IMG/VR virus record: IMGVR_UViG_3300037604_000033
Span: 1 to 41,691 of that record
Direction: 5' to 3' (one strand)
Source: a virus
Taxonomy: Duplodnaviria; Caudoviricetes
Length of the DNA: 41,691 bases
The position numbers and the translations under genes were made by a program. The notes under the pieces are model-generated. The model did no database searches. It saw nothing but the letters and a program-made list of their open reading frames with translations, and had not been told where the DNA came from. This document shows, one piece after another, positions 23,960 to 32,899 of this stretch; position 1 is the stretch's first letter; every line of letters starts with the position of its first letter.

Positions 23960-24171
23960 CCTGCGGCGCGTGCCTCTATTGGCTCAAGGGCTGGCGAACG
24001 GATGAGAGCGGCCGGCGCGTCGCCCGGTTCCTGTTCTGCGCCCGCTTCCCGGAATACGTCGAGCGCGACGCCGATCACGTCTGCGGCGAGTTCAAGAGTC
24101 GGAACCGTCCGAACCGGCGGTCACGCGCGGCCGCGCGCGCGCGGGCCGAGAAGCCGAGGCGGCGGGCATGA
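23956..24171 (+). CDS. Small Cys-rich putative metal-binding protein
   Basis: MTCGAC..FCARFP..VCGEF, the same four-Cys pattern as 9968-10183. Confidence 0.7.
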   Translation: MTCGACLYWLKGWRTDESGRRVARFLFCARFPEYVERDADHVCGEFKSRNRPNRRSRAAARARAEKPRRRA

Positions 24172-24416
24172 GCGGCCCCGGCTCCCTCCCGCCTCCCTCC
24201 CCTGCGGAGCTGCTTAGGCGGCGGTCCTGCGGCTGCTGCGGCGGCGAGGGGCGCGTCGCCGGCGCGGACGGCCGGGCTCGGCCCTGCTCGCGCTGCAGCG
24301 ATGAGGCCTACCGGGAGTGGTCGGGCTTCTGGCGCTTCCATGGATGGCGGCCTGGCGCGTCGCCGGTGTCGTCTCTCGAAGAGTGGAGGGCGCGCCGTGC
24401 TCGACAAATCACATAG
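24168..24416 (+). CDS. Small zinc-finger-like hypothetical protein
   Basis: CGCCGGEG..RPCSRC; ATGA-coupled. Confidence 0.6.
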   Translation: MSGPGSLPPPSPAELLRRRSCGCCGGEGRVAGADGRARPCSRCSDEAYREWSGFWRFHGWRPGASPVSSLEEWRARRARQIT

Positions 24417-24420
24417 ACAA

Positions 24421-24700
24421 GGGCGTTACGATCCGGGGTCGGCCGTAACGCCGCCGTTTCGGGTTTCGTATCGGTCAAAGCGCCAACGGAATCCGAGGCT
24501 TACAGCTCAGAATGCGCAAAGCGTTACGGCGTTACGGTTCACGCCGATGACTCGTCATGCCTGCGCCCATGGTGGGGGTGTTCCTACCGTAACACGTAAC
24601 CACCCATCTATTGAGAAGGAAGAAAAGAAAGAAAAACAAAGGGTTGGGGCGTCGAAATCAGCGGTACGGTCGCGTTACGGTCGGGCGGCGACCGTAGCGG
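24421..24700. other. Putative replication origin (iteron-like CGTTAC/CGTAAC cluster with A-rich tract)
   Basis: CGTTACG at 24424, 24522, 24530 and 24673; CGTAAC at 24444, 24588 and 24595; A-rich tract 24611-24640. Confidence 0.5.
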
Positions 24701-24738
24701 TTGAGGGCCGGCGACACGATATATTGAGAGGCGAGGCG

Positions 24739-25485
24739 ATGAAGCGTCGAAATATGGTGACCTTGGGCTATGGCGATGCGCGCGTGACCGTAGCGGCGAC
24801 GCGCGAGGGCGTTTTCGAGCGGCCTGCGCGCTCGGACCTGCAGCGGCAGGCCTGGGGCTTCGCCGGCCCGGCTGAGCCGGTGCGGGTGGCGCCGCGCTCG
24901 GCGGATGCGCTGCGGACGGCGCGCGAAGAAACCGGATTCGCGTTCGAGCAGGCGGCGGTGCGCGGACAGCGCCGGGCCGACCAGGCGCTGCCGCGCGACG
25001 GCGGCGCGCCCGAGGGCTCGGTGCGGGGCCATCTCGTCGAGATCGCCGGCTCGGGCTCCGAGCGCATCCGGCGGCGCTGCTCGCCGATCAATGATCCGGC
25101 GTTCAGGATCGACCCGGCGCTGCGGCTCGCCGGCCAGCGGTTCGAGCGCCTGGCGGCGCAGGCCGAGGGCGTCGAGCGGATGCGCGGCACGCTCGACGAC
25201 ACGCCGCCGAGCACAGACGCCGACCCGGACGCGGCGCGGGCGCGCGCCGTGCGGGCCTTCCACGCCTTCGAGCGGATCGCGGGGCAGATTCCGGCGCTTC
25301 CGGCGCTGGTGACGCCGAACGGCAATGTGAGCGAGTGGCAGGTGCTGCAGCTCGTGGTGCTGCAGCGGCAGACGCTGGTGCGGGTTGCCTGCGGCGACAA
25401 GGGATGGCGCTACCGCAAGGCCAAGGCGCTTCTCGAGGCCGCGCTCGAGCGCGTCGAGGGCCTGCTGCCGGAGTGGGCGAAATGA
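24739..25485 (+). CDS. Putative late-gene regulator (Q-position, DUF6456-like)
   Basis: Start placed at MKRRNM (GAGG RBS), 248 aa. AGQRF..L and LL..ALERV pattern; lies upstream of a promoter-terminator unit that precedes the packaging genes. Confidence 0.5.
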   Translation: MKRRNMVTLGYGDARVTVAATREGVFERPARSDLQRQAWGFAGPAEPVRVAPRSADALRTAREETGFAFEQAAVRGQRRADQALPRDGGAPEGSVRGHLVEIAGSGSERIRRRCSPINDPAFRIDPALRLAGQRFERLAAQAEGVERMRGTLDDTPPSTDADPDAARARAVRAFHAFERIAGQIPALPALVTPNGNVSEWQVLQLVVLQRQTLVRVACGDKGWRYRKAKALLEAALERVEGLLPEWAK

Positions 25486-25820
25486 GCGCACGCGAGCCGG
25501 TCAATCAGGCGGTTTCAGCCGCTCGGGTCGCCGAGCGGGCGGCGGCGCGGGCCGAGAAGGCCGCCGGGCTCTCGCGCAACTGGGCGGCGGTGCTCATCGC
25601 GCTCATCGTCGCGCTCGGCTACTCTGCGCCGCATGTGACGCGGTTTCTGGAAGTCCGGGCGATCGCGGCCAGCGGAGAGGACCCGCTGCGCGTCTACTGC
25701 GCGGCGAGCTGGCCGAGCACGACGGACTTTGCGCGTGTGACGATCTGCGAGGCGGTGGCGAGCGCCGAGCGCCGGGCCGGCGGCCTGGCGTATGAGATCG
25801 GGCGGATGGAGGCGAAGTGA
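25482..25820 (+). CDS. Membrane protein
   Basis: 112 aa, TM WAAVLIALIVALGY, two Cys; ATGA-coupled. Confidence 0.65.
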   Translation: MSAREPVNQAVSAARVAERAAARAEKAAGLSRNWAAVLIALIVALGYSAPHVTRFLEVRAIAASGEDPLRVYCAASWPSTTDFARVTICEAVASAERRAGGLAYEIGRMEAK

Positions 25821-26242
25821 TGAGCGCGATGAAACAACCGGGCGAGCGGAGCCCGCGCCAGTTTCTCGACGAGAGCGGCGTATATCAGGTGGTCTATGGG
25901 CCGATGATGAAAATGGCCCATGCACTGATGCGATCCTTTCCCGATCTCGACAGTGGCCGGGCCGAGCGACTGGTCGGAGGCCTCATGGCGGCGCTCTGCA
26001 GACTTGGCGACGCTTCGAAAGCCGAGCGGGTCTCGGTCGAGGTGATGCAGGCGCTTGTCGCTGGCCGGATGAGCGGAGACCAGTTCCGCAGCCTGCGCGA
26101 GGCGGCGCCGCTTCTTATCGACGAAATGTTCGTTGAGGCCGGAGGCGATCCCGACGCATTCGTGCGCCACGGCTGCGCTGGCACATATCCGTCCGACCTA
26201 ATCTTTTTGGCGCTCGATGCGCTCGCGCGGGATCGCTGGTGA
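25817..26242 (+). CDS. Stand-alone tape-measure-domain-like protein
   Basis: 141 aa, GGAGG RBS. 24/60 identities by hand to the N-terminal domain of this phage's tape measure protein (36761-36940). Confidence 0.7.
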   Translation: MMSAMKQPGERSPRQFLDESGVYQVVYGPMMKMAHALMRSFPDLDSGRAERLVGGLMAALCRLGDASKAERVSVEVMQALVAGRMSGDQFRSLREAAPLLIDEMFVEAGGDPDAFVRHGCAGTYPSDLIFLALDALARDRW

Positions 26243-26299
26243 TGGTGCGCGGCGGGCTTCCATGTGGCGTCGATATGGCGGCCCGCCTCATTTTGTGGA

Positions 26300-26330
26300 T
26301 TGACCGGGTGGATACCTTAACGCTAGTGGA
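26300..26330 (+). promoter_or_regulatory. Putative late promoter (pR'-like)
   Basis: TTGACC at 26300 in an intergenic AT-richer patch; the -10 element is weak. Confidence 0.4.
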
Positions 26331-26348
26331 TTGGCAGGGTCGCAAGAG

Positions 26349-26382
26349 AACCGCCGAGGCCGAGAGGTCGCCGGCGGTTTTT
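26349..26382 (+). terminator. Intrinsic terminator-like hairpin 1 upstream of the late operon
   Basis: AACCGCCG...CGGCGGTT followed by TTT. Confidence 0.6.
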
Positions 26383-26428
26383 GCGTTCGGCCCTCGCCCA
26401 TCCTGTCGGGCGTCTCCTCCCTGCCTGG

Positions 26429-26467
26429 GCCGGCCGCTTGCGCAGCGGCGGCGGCCGGCGCTTTTTT
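26429..26467 (+). terminator. Intrinsic terminator-like hairpin 2 upstream of the late operon
   Basis: GCCGGCCGC...GCGGCCGGC, then GC and T6. Confidence 0.65.
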
Positions 26468-26481
26468 GGAACCGAGCGAGC

Positions 26482-27015
26482 ATGACGAAACCACGACGCC
26501 AACCGAGCGCCGGGCCGATGAAGCCCTGCGCGCGGCCGGGCTGCGCGGTGCTGTTGCCGCTTGGCGTGAGCTACTGCTCGAAGCACCAGGCGGAGGCCGA
26601 TGAGGTGAGGCGCAAGCGAAATGCGCGGGCCGATGGCCGGCGCCGGGCGCGCTCCGACAACGCTTGGCGCGGGTGGTACAAGCTCGCCAAGTGGGCGAAG
26701 CTGCGCAAGGCGGTGCTCGATGAGCAGCCGCATTGCGTCATGCATCTGGCGGTCGGCCGGTTCGTCCTGGCCAACGTGGTCGACCACATCCGCCCGCATC
26801 GGGGCGACTGGTCGCTGTTCTTCGACCGGACAAACCTGCAAAGCCTCTGCGAGACCTGCCACAACAGCACGAAACAGGCGGAAGAGCGCGCGGCCGAACG
26901 CCTCGGCGAGGACCGGGGGGCGGGTCAAAGTGGCAAGGCCGGCGGCGAGGGGACCGGCGTTTTGGCTCATTTTTTTGTGCGGGTTGGAAATCAACGGGGG
27001 GTGTCCGATGGCTGA
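26482..27015 (+). CDS. HNH endonuclease (terminase-associated)
   Basis: KPCARPGC..YCSKH, VVDHIRPHRGD..LFFD..NLQSLC..CHN; immediately upstream of terS. Confidence 0.9.
   Translation: MTKPRRQPSAGPMKPCARPGCAVLLPLGVSYCSKHQAEADEVRRKRNARADGRRRARSDNAWRGWYKLAKWAKLRKAVLDEQPHCVMHLAVGRFVLANVVDHIRPHRGDWSLFFDRTNLQSLCETCHNSTKQAEERAAERLGEDRGAGQSGKAGGEGTGVLAHFFVRVGNQRGVSDG
26915..27000. other. Candidate cos region
   Basis: GGGGGCGGGTCAAA..GACCG..T7..GGGGGG at the HNH-terS junction, where cos lies in HK97-type HNH/terminase phages. Positional inference only. Confidence 0.35.
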
Positions 27016-27511
27016 GCGCGGACGCAAGCCTCGCCTTGACAGCAAGCGCGCCATGGCCGGCGCGTTCGGCATCCGGGCTCGGGTCGTCGGGCTCGACGAC
27101 TTCCCCGCCCCGCCGGCAGACTTCGACTCGCACGCGGTCGACGCCTATCAGGCGATTGTCGAGCATCTGGCCTTCAACAAGGCGCTTGCGGTCGTCGACC
27201 TACCGCTCATCTGCATTGCCGCCTCGGCCTGGTCGCGCTGGGTCGCGCTCGACGCCGAGGTGCGCCAGGCCTCCGAGACCGGCGCCAATGGCTTCCTCTC
27301 CGGCCTCGCGCAGGCGCGCGCCGCCGCCGAAAAGTCCTACCGCTCGACCGTCTCCGAGCTGGGCCTCTCGCCGGTGTCCCGAATGAAGACTGACGGCGCG
27401 CTGCAGCATTCCCTTTTCGACCTTCTGGACCGTACCGCCTCCGGGCGCGGGGATGCCGGCGCGGGGCATGATCCCTTTGCGCCGCGCGAAAAGGTGGTCC
27501 CGATCCGCTGA
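27008..27511 (+). CDS. terS: Terminase small subunit (P27-like)
   Basis: MAERGRKP start, ELGLSPVSR motif, directly upstream of terL. Confidence 0.85.
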   Translation: MAERGRKPRLDSKRAMAGAFGIRARVVGLDDFPAPPADFDSHAVDAYQAIVEHLAFNKALAVVDLPLICIAASAWSRWVALDAEVRQASETGANGFLSGLAQARAAAEKSYRSTVSELGLSPVSRMKTDGALQHSLFDLLDRTASGRGDAGAGHDPFAPREKVVPIR

Positions 27512-29202
27512 TGCGCGATTACGTCGCGATTGCGGAAGAGTACGCCGATGGCGTGCTCTCTGGCGCTGTGCCTGCCTGCGTGTGGACGCGCAACGCCTGC
27601 GCCCGCTTCCAGCGGGACCGCCAGCGCGAGGCGGCGGGCTGGAAGTACCGCCTGGACCCTGCGGCCGCCGAGCACGCCTGCGCCTTCGCCGAGACCTTCG
27701 AGCATGTCGAAGGCGAGTGGGCGTCACGCTCCGAGCGCCTGGAGCTGCAGCCCTGGCAGGTTTTCATCTTCGTCAACGTGTTTGGGTGGCTCAAGGTCTC
27801 GACCGGCTATCGCCGGTTCACGACCGTTTACGTTGAGGTCCCGCGCAAGAACGGCAAATCGGCGATGGTGGCGCCCATCGGGCTTTACATGCTCGCGCTC
27901 GACGGCGAGGCCGGCGCCCGCGTCTACTCGGCGGCGACCAAGGCCAAGCAGGCGCGAATCGTCTTCGACGTCGCGCGGCAGATGGCAAAGCGCAATGTGA
28001 CGTTTCGCGAGCGGTGCGGCGTCAAGGTGCAGCAGCACAAGCTCATCGGCGACGATCTCTGCGAATTCACGCCGCTCGAGGCGCAGAAGCTCGACGGGCT
28101 CAACGTGCATTGCGCCCTGGTCGATGAGGTGCATGAGCATCCCGACTCCCGAGTGGTCGATGCGCTCGACCAGGCGCGCGGCGCGCGCCGGCAGTCGCTG
28201 CTCTTCATGATCACGACCGCCGGCTCTGATGTCGGTGGCGTCTGCTACCGCTGGCGCGACTATCTCTGCAAGGTGCTCGACGCCGAGCTGCCGGTCGATG
28301 ATGAGGCGTTCTTCGGCATCATCTACGCGGCCGATGAAGGCGACGACATCTTCGACGAAGCGACGTGGTGGAAGGCGAATCCCAACCTCGGCGTCTCCAA
28401 GTCTCTCGATTACATGCGCGACCAGGCGAACAAGGCGAAGGCCTCGCCGCCCGAGCGCGGCGCGTTCATGCGCAAGCATCTCGACGTCTGGACGCAGGTG
28501 GGGGCCACGGCCTTCGATATTGACGGCTACAAGCGCGGGCAGCGCCGGCTCGACCGTGCGTCCTTCGCCGGGCTCGGCGGCGTCGTCGGCGTCGACCTGG
28601 CGCAGAAGGATGACCTGGCCTCGGTCGTCTGGGCCAATTGGATCGAGTCGCGCGAGGGCGTGCGCGAGCTGGTGCTGCTCGCCGACCATTTCGCCAGCGC
28701 CGCGACCGTCGACGCGCCCGGAAACGAGCATCTGCGCGGATGGGCCGACCAGGGGCTCATCCGGGTGTCGCCGGGCCATCTCATCGACTTCGAAGCCATC
28801 CAGGACATGATCCTCGAACGCTGTTTCTTCCATGCCGCTTCCGAGGCGAGCTTCGACCCGCAATTCGCCGCCGGCATCATGGCCGCGCTCTCGCGCGAGG
28901 GCGTGCTCTGCGTCGAGTGGCGGCAATCGCCCATGAACATGGATCCGCCTTTCCAGCTCGTGCAGGGGCTGGTCGCCGAGGGCCGTGTCGTCACGGATGA
29001 GCGCGACCAGGTGCTCGCCTGGATGTTCCGAAACACGCTCGATGAGCAGCGCGGCGAGTTCCATCGCCCGGCCAAGCGACGCCCCGGCGAGAAAATCGAC
29101 GGCGTGTCGGCGGCGGTCTCGGCGGTCGGTCGCCTCATGGCGGTCGAAGAGCCCGCGCCGGAGAGCGTCTACGAAACACGGGGGTTTAGATTCGTCGGAT
29201 GA
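27511..29202 (+). CDS. terL: Terminase large subunit
   Basis: L.PWQ.F, VPRKNGKS (Walker A), VDEVHEH (Walker B), ITTAG, KANPNLG, GVDLA, KIDG. Confidence 0.97.
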   Translation: MRDYVAIAEEYADGVLSGAVPACVWTRNACARFQRDRQREAAGWKYRLDPAAAEHACAFAETFEHVEGEWASRSERLELQPWQVFIFVNVFGWLKVSTGYRRFTTVYVEVPRKNGKSAMVAPIGLYMLALDGEAGARVYSAATKAKQARIVFDVARQMAKRNVTFRERCGVKVQQHKLIGDDLCEFTPLEAQKLDGLNVHCALVDEVHEHPDSRVVDALDQARGARRQSLLFMITTAGSDVGGVCYRWRDYLCKVLDAELPVDDEAFFGIIYAADEGDDIFDEATWWKANPNLGVSKSLDYMRDQANKAKASPPERGAFMRKHLDVWTQVGATAFDIDGYKRGQRRLDRASFAGLGGVVGVDLAQKDDLASVVWANWIESREGVRELVLLADHFASAATVDAPGNEHLRGWADQGLIRVSPGHLIDFEAIQDMILERCFFHAASEASFDPQFAAGIMAALSREGVLCVEWRQSPMNMDPPFQLVQGLVAEGRVVTDERDQVLAWMFRNTLDEQRGEFHRPAKRRPGEKIDGVSAAVSAVGRLMAVEEPAPESVYETRGFRFVG

Positions 29203-30494
29203 GCTGGTTAACGCGATTCCTTCCTGCGTTGTCGGGCAGCTCCCGCGCGGATGTCGCGCTCGCCGAGACGCCGCGCACGCCGCGCGCCGCCGGCGACGCC
29301 ATCGACCTGCTGAGCGTCACGGACTCTGCCGAGCTTGATCGGTTCTTCCGGGGTCTTGGCGTCGGTTCGGCCTCCGGCGCGATGGTGACGCCCGAGACCG
29401 CGATGCGGGTCTCGACGGTTTATCGTTGCGTCTCGATCATCGCCGAAGGCGTCGCCAGCGTGCCGCTCGGCGTCTATCACGACGACGGCACGCGCTCCGA
29501 GCGCAAGCGCGGTCATGCGGTCGACCGCCTGCTCTCCCGCCGGCCGAACGCCTGGCAAAGCCCGTATGAGTTCCGGCGGCAGCTCACGTCGCACATCCTG
29601 CTGACCGGCAACGCCTTTGCGCGGATCATCCGGTCGCAGGACGGCCGCCCCACGGACCTGTTGCCGCTCAACCCGGATCGGGTCGAGGTCGAGCAGCGCG
29701 CCGATTTCTCGCTCGCCTACCGCTACCGGAACGGCAACGGCAGCGCCTTCACGCCGATGCGTCCCGAGGATGTGCTGCATCTGCGGGGCTTGAGCGTCGA
29801 CGGCGTGACGGGGCTCTCGGTCATCGGCCAGGCGCGCGAGGCGATCGGCGTCTCGATGGTGACGGAAGAGCATGCGGCGCGGACCTTCCGCAATGGCGCG
29901 CGGCCCTCCGGCGGCGTGGCGGTAGAGGGCAAGCTTTCCGATGAGGCGTTCGACCGGCTCAAGGCCGATCTGGCCGAGCGCTATGAGGGGCCGCAGAACG
30001 CCGGGCGCGTCATCCTGCTCGAAGAGGGCGCCACGTTCGTCCCGTTCACGATGTCGAGCGTCGACGCGCAGTTCATCGAGACGCGCCGCTATACGCGCGA
30101 GGACATCGCGCAGATGTTCGGCGTTCCGCCCTTCCTGCTCGGCGACACGACCAAGGCGACCGCCTGGGGGTCGGGCCTCGAGCAGATCATGCTCGGCTTC
30201 AACCGATTCACGCTCGGCCCGTGGCTGACGCTCTGGGAACAGGCCATCAACCGCGACGTTCTCGGCGAGGCCGACCGGGCCGCCGAGGCGCGCTTCGACG
30301 ACCGGGCGCTGCTGCGCGGCGACATCACGACCCGAACCGCCTTCAACGCCGCAATGCTGCAGTGGGGCGTGATCTCGCCGAATGAGGTCCGGCGTGACGA
30401 GGGCTTCGCGCCGCGCGAGGGCGGGGACGTGTTTTATCCGCCGCCGAACATGGCGGCCGCTCCGGGCGGCGCTGCGCCCGAGACCCGCGACTAG
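29199..30494 (+). CDS. Portal protein, HK97 family
   Basis: VY.CV.II, PN.WQS, GNAFA, VLHLRG...DG..GLS, DAQF.ETR, FGVPP, NEVR. Confidence 0.96.
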   Translation: MSWLTRFLPALSGSSRADVALAETPRTPRAAGDAIDLLSVTDSAELDRFFRGLGVGSASGAMVTPETAMRVSTVYRCVSIIAEGVASVPLGVYHDDGTRSERKRGHAVDRLLSRRPNAWQSPYEFRRQLTSHILLTGNAFARIIRSQDGRPTDLLPLNPDRVEVEQRADFSLAYRYRNGNGSAFTPMRPEDVLHLRGLSVDGVTGLSVIGQAREAIGVSMVTEEHAARTFRNGARPSGGVAVEGKLSDEAFDRLKADLAERYEGPQNAGRVILLEEGATFVPFTMSSVDAQFIETRRYTREDIAQMFGVPPFLLGDTTKATAWGSGLEQIMLGFNRFTLGPWLTLWEQAINRDVLGEADRAAEARFDDRALLRGDITTRTAFNAAMLQWGVISPNEVRRDEGFAPREGGDVFYPPPNMAAAPGGAAPETRD

Positions 30495-30507
30495 AGGGAG
30501 ACAGCCG

Positions 30508-31428
30508 ATGTCGCTTCGACAGCTCGCCGAGCTACGCCTGCCGATGGCCTATTCGGGCGCGGAATGGGAAGAGCCCGAGGACATCCTGCGCCGCAAGCAT
30601 GGCGGCGTGCTCGCGCGCTGGGCTCGCTCTGCCCGCGCCGCCGAGGCCGACGATCGCGCCACGATCTCGATCTATGAGCCGATTGGCGAGTCCTGGGACG
30701 GCTCCGGCGTGACCGCCAAGCGCGTCGCCGGCGCGCTGCGGCAGATCGGGGCGCAGCCGGTCGCGGTCAACATCAATTCGGGCGGCGGCGACCTGTTCGA
30801 AGGCCTCTCGATTTACAATCTGCTGCGCGAGCATCCGGCCGAGGTCACGGTGCGCGTCGTCGGCCTGGCGGCCTCGGCGGCCAGCGTCATCGCGATGGCG
30901 GGCGACCGGATCGAGGTCGGGCGCGCGGCGATGCTCATGATTCACAAGGCGTGGGGCCTGGTGATCGGCAACGCCGACGACATGCGCCGCGCCGCCGATG
31001 ATTTCAGCGACTTCGACGACCTCATGGCCGGCGTCTACGCCGCCCGCTCCAAGCAGAGCGCCGAGCAGGTCGCCGAGTGGATGACGGCCGAAACGTGGTT
31101 CGGCGGCGAGAAGGCCGTCGAGGCCGGGCTCGCCGACGCGCTGCTGCCGGCCGACCAGGTCGAGGAAAAAGCCGCCGCCGCCGCGCAGGATCGCGCGCCG
31201 AATGCGGCGCTTCGAAGAATAGACGTCGCCCTCGCGAAGGACGGCGTTTCGAGGCGAGAACGCCGCGCGCTTCTCGCCGACCTTGGCACGCCGAGCGCTG
31301 CCGAACCTCGCGAGCTGGCCGGCTCGCAGACTGTCACGCCTCCGGCTGACAACGTCACGCCTCGCGCTGACGACTGGACCGCAGCGACGCCCGAGATGGG
31401 CCGTCTCATGCAAGCTTTCACGATCTAG
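30508..31428 (+). CDS. Prohead protease, ClpP/S14-like
   Basis: INSGGGD, GLAASAASVIAMAG, MIHKAW, ETWF..AVEAGLAD; AGAGGGAG RBS before ATG 30508. Confidence 0.92.
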   Translation: MSLRQLAELRLPMAYSGAEWEEPEDILRRKHGGVLARWARSARAAEADDRATISIYEPIGESWDGSGVTAKRVAGALRQIGAQPVAVNINSGGGDLFEGLSIYNLLREHPAEVTVRVVGLAASAASVIAMAGDRIEVGRAAMLMIHKAWGLVIGNADDMRRAADDFSDFDDLMAGVYAARSKQSAEQVAEWMTAETWFGGEKAVEAGLADALLPADQVEEKAAAAAQDRAPNAALRRIDVALAKDGVSRRERRALLADLGTPSAAEPRELAGSQTVTPPADNVTPRADDWTAATPEMGRLMQAFTI

Positions 31429-31442
31429 GAACACAAACCGAC

Positions 31443-32831
31443 ATGACGAAAACGAACCTGAAGGCGGTCGAGCTTCCGACCGCCGCCCGAGACCGGCTGC
31501 GCGCGATCGGCGTTGCTCCCCGCGCCGACGCCGAACGCCAGACCGCAAACGTCAACACGCCGGCAAACGCCGCGCTGCCCGAGGGAACGCCGGCCGAGCA
31601 GCTTGGCGCTCTGCACAGCGCGTTCGCGCAGTTTCGCGCGGCGAATGACGAGCGCCTCGCGCAGATTGAGCGGGGCCGCGAAGATGTGGTCACGCGCGAA
31701 GAGACTGACCGGCTCAACGAAGAGGTCGGCCGCCTGCAGGGGCGCATCGACGCGCATAACGCGCGCCTCGAAGGGCTGGCCCTCAATGGCGGCGGCGGCG
31801 AGCGGTCGGGCGTGCGCTCGGGTCTGATCGAGCGCTTCCACAATGCCGAGTATTCGCAGGCTTACGGTGGGTTCCTCCGGCGCGGCGGCGAGGCGCAGGA
31901 AGCGGCGCTCGCGAGCATGGCCAACGGCCTGCCGATGGCGGCCATCGTGGGGACCTCGGACGCCGCTGGCGGCTACGTGGCGCCGATCGAGTGGAACCGG
32001 CAGATCATGGATGAGCTGCGCAACCTGGTCGGTATGCGCCGGCTGGCGCGCGTCGAGACGATCTCGGGCTCTGGCTTCCAGGACCTCTATCCGTCCGGCC
32101 TGCCGGCGCGTGGGTGGGTCGGCGAGGCTGATGCGCGACCGTCTACCGCGACGCCGACGTTCAGCGCGCTGACCTTCAACGCCGAAGAGCAGTACGCCAA
32201 TCCCGGCATCTCGCAGCGCATGCTCGATGACGCGGTGATCGATATCGAAGCGTGGCTCGCCGGCAAGATCGCCGAGGCCTTCGCGATCGACGAGAACGCC
32301 GCTTTCGTGACTGGCGACGGCGACGACAAGCCCTTCGGCATTCTCGACTATGTGACGGGCGAGGCGTCGGCGGCGAAGCATCCTTTCGGCGCCATCGCCA
32401 AGGTCATCAGCGGCGGCGCGACGACGCTGACCTATGACGGTCTCATCAACCTGGTGCATGAGCTGCCGTCGCAGTACGCGGCCAACGCAAGCGTCGCGAT
32501 GAATCGTCTGACCATGGGCGCGGTTCGCAAGATCAAGGATACGGACGGCTATCCGATCTGGCAGCCTTCGCTCGCGCTCGGCGACCCGTCGACGGTGCTC
32601 GGGCTGCCGAATGTCGAGCTCTCCGACCTGCCGAATGTCGGCGCGGGGACCTTCCCGGTCATCGTCGGAGACTTCATGCGCGGGTATCTGATCGTCGACC
32701 GGCTCGGCATCCGCGTGCTGCGCGATCCGTACACGAACAAGCCCTATGTGCAGTTCTACACGACCAAGCGCGTGGGCGGCGGCGTGCGCGACCCGAAGGC
32801 GTTCCGGGTGCAGGAGGTCGCGGCCTCCTAA
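31443..32831 (+). CDS. Major capsid protein, HK97 fold
   Basis: GGY.AP.E, WVGE, SQRMLDD, AF.TGDG..KPFG, GDF.RGY.IVDR..RDPYT.KPYV.FY..KRVGG. Confidence 0.97.
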   Translation: MTKTNLKAVELPTAARDRLRAIGVAPRADAERQTANVNTPANAALPEGTPAEQLGALHSAFAQFRAANDERLAQIERGREDVVTREETDRLNEEVGRLQGRIDAHNARLEGLALNGGGGERSGVRSGLIERFHNAEYSQAYGGFLRRGGEAQEAALASMANGLPMAAIVGTSDAAGGYVAPIEWNRQIMDELRNLVGMRRLARVETISGSGFQDLYPSGLPARGWVGEADARPSTATPTFSALTFNAEEQYANPGISQRMLDDAVIDIEAWLAGKIAEAFAIDENAAFVTGDGDDKPFGILDYVTGEASAAKHPFGAIAKVISGGATTLTYDGLINLVHELPSQYAANASVAMNRLTMGAVRKIKDTDGYPIWQPSLALGDPSTVLGLPNVELSDLPNVGAGTFPVIVGDFMRGYLIVDRLGIRVLRDPYTNKPYVQFYTTKRVGGGVRDPKAFRVQEVAAS

Positions 32832-32851
32832 CGCCGGGAAGAGCTGACAGC

Positions 32852-32885
32852 GCGGCCGCCTGGCGACGGGCGGTCGCTTTCATTT
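32852..32885 (+). terminator. Terminator-like hairpin after the capsid gene
   Basis: GCGGCCGCC-loop-GGCGGTCGC followed by TTTCATTT. Confidence 0.5.
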
Positions 32886-32899
32886 CGGGAGACGAAACC

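Noticed and set aside
31333-31374. 21-bp tandem duplication at the protease 3' end (VTPPADN/VTPRADD)
   Set aside because: Two imperfect copies in a disordered tail; no evidence of function.
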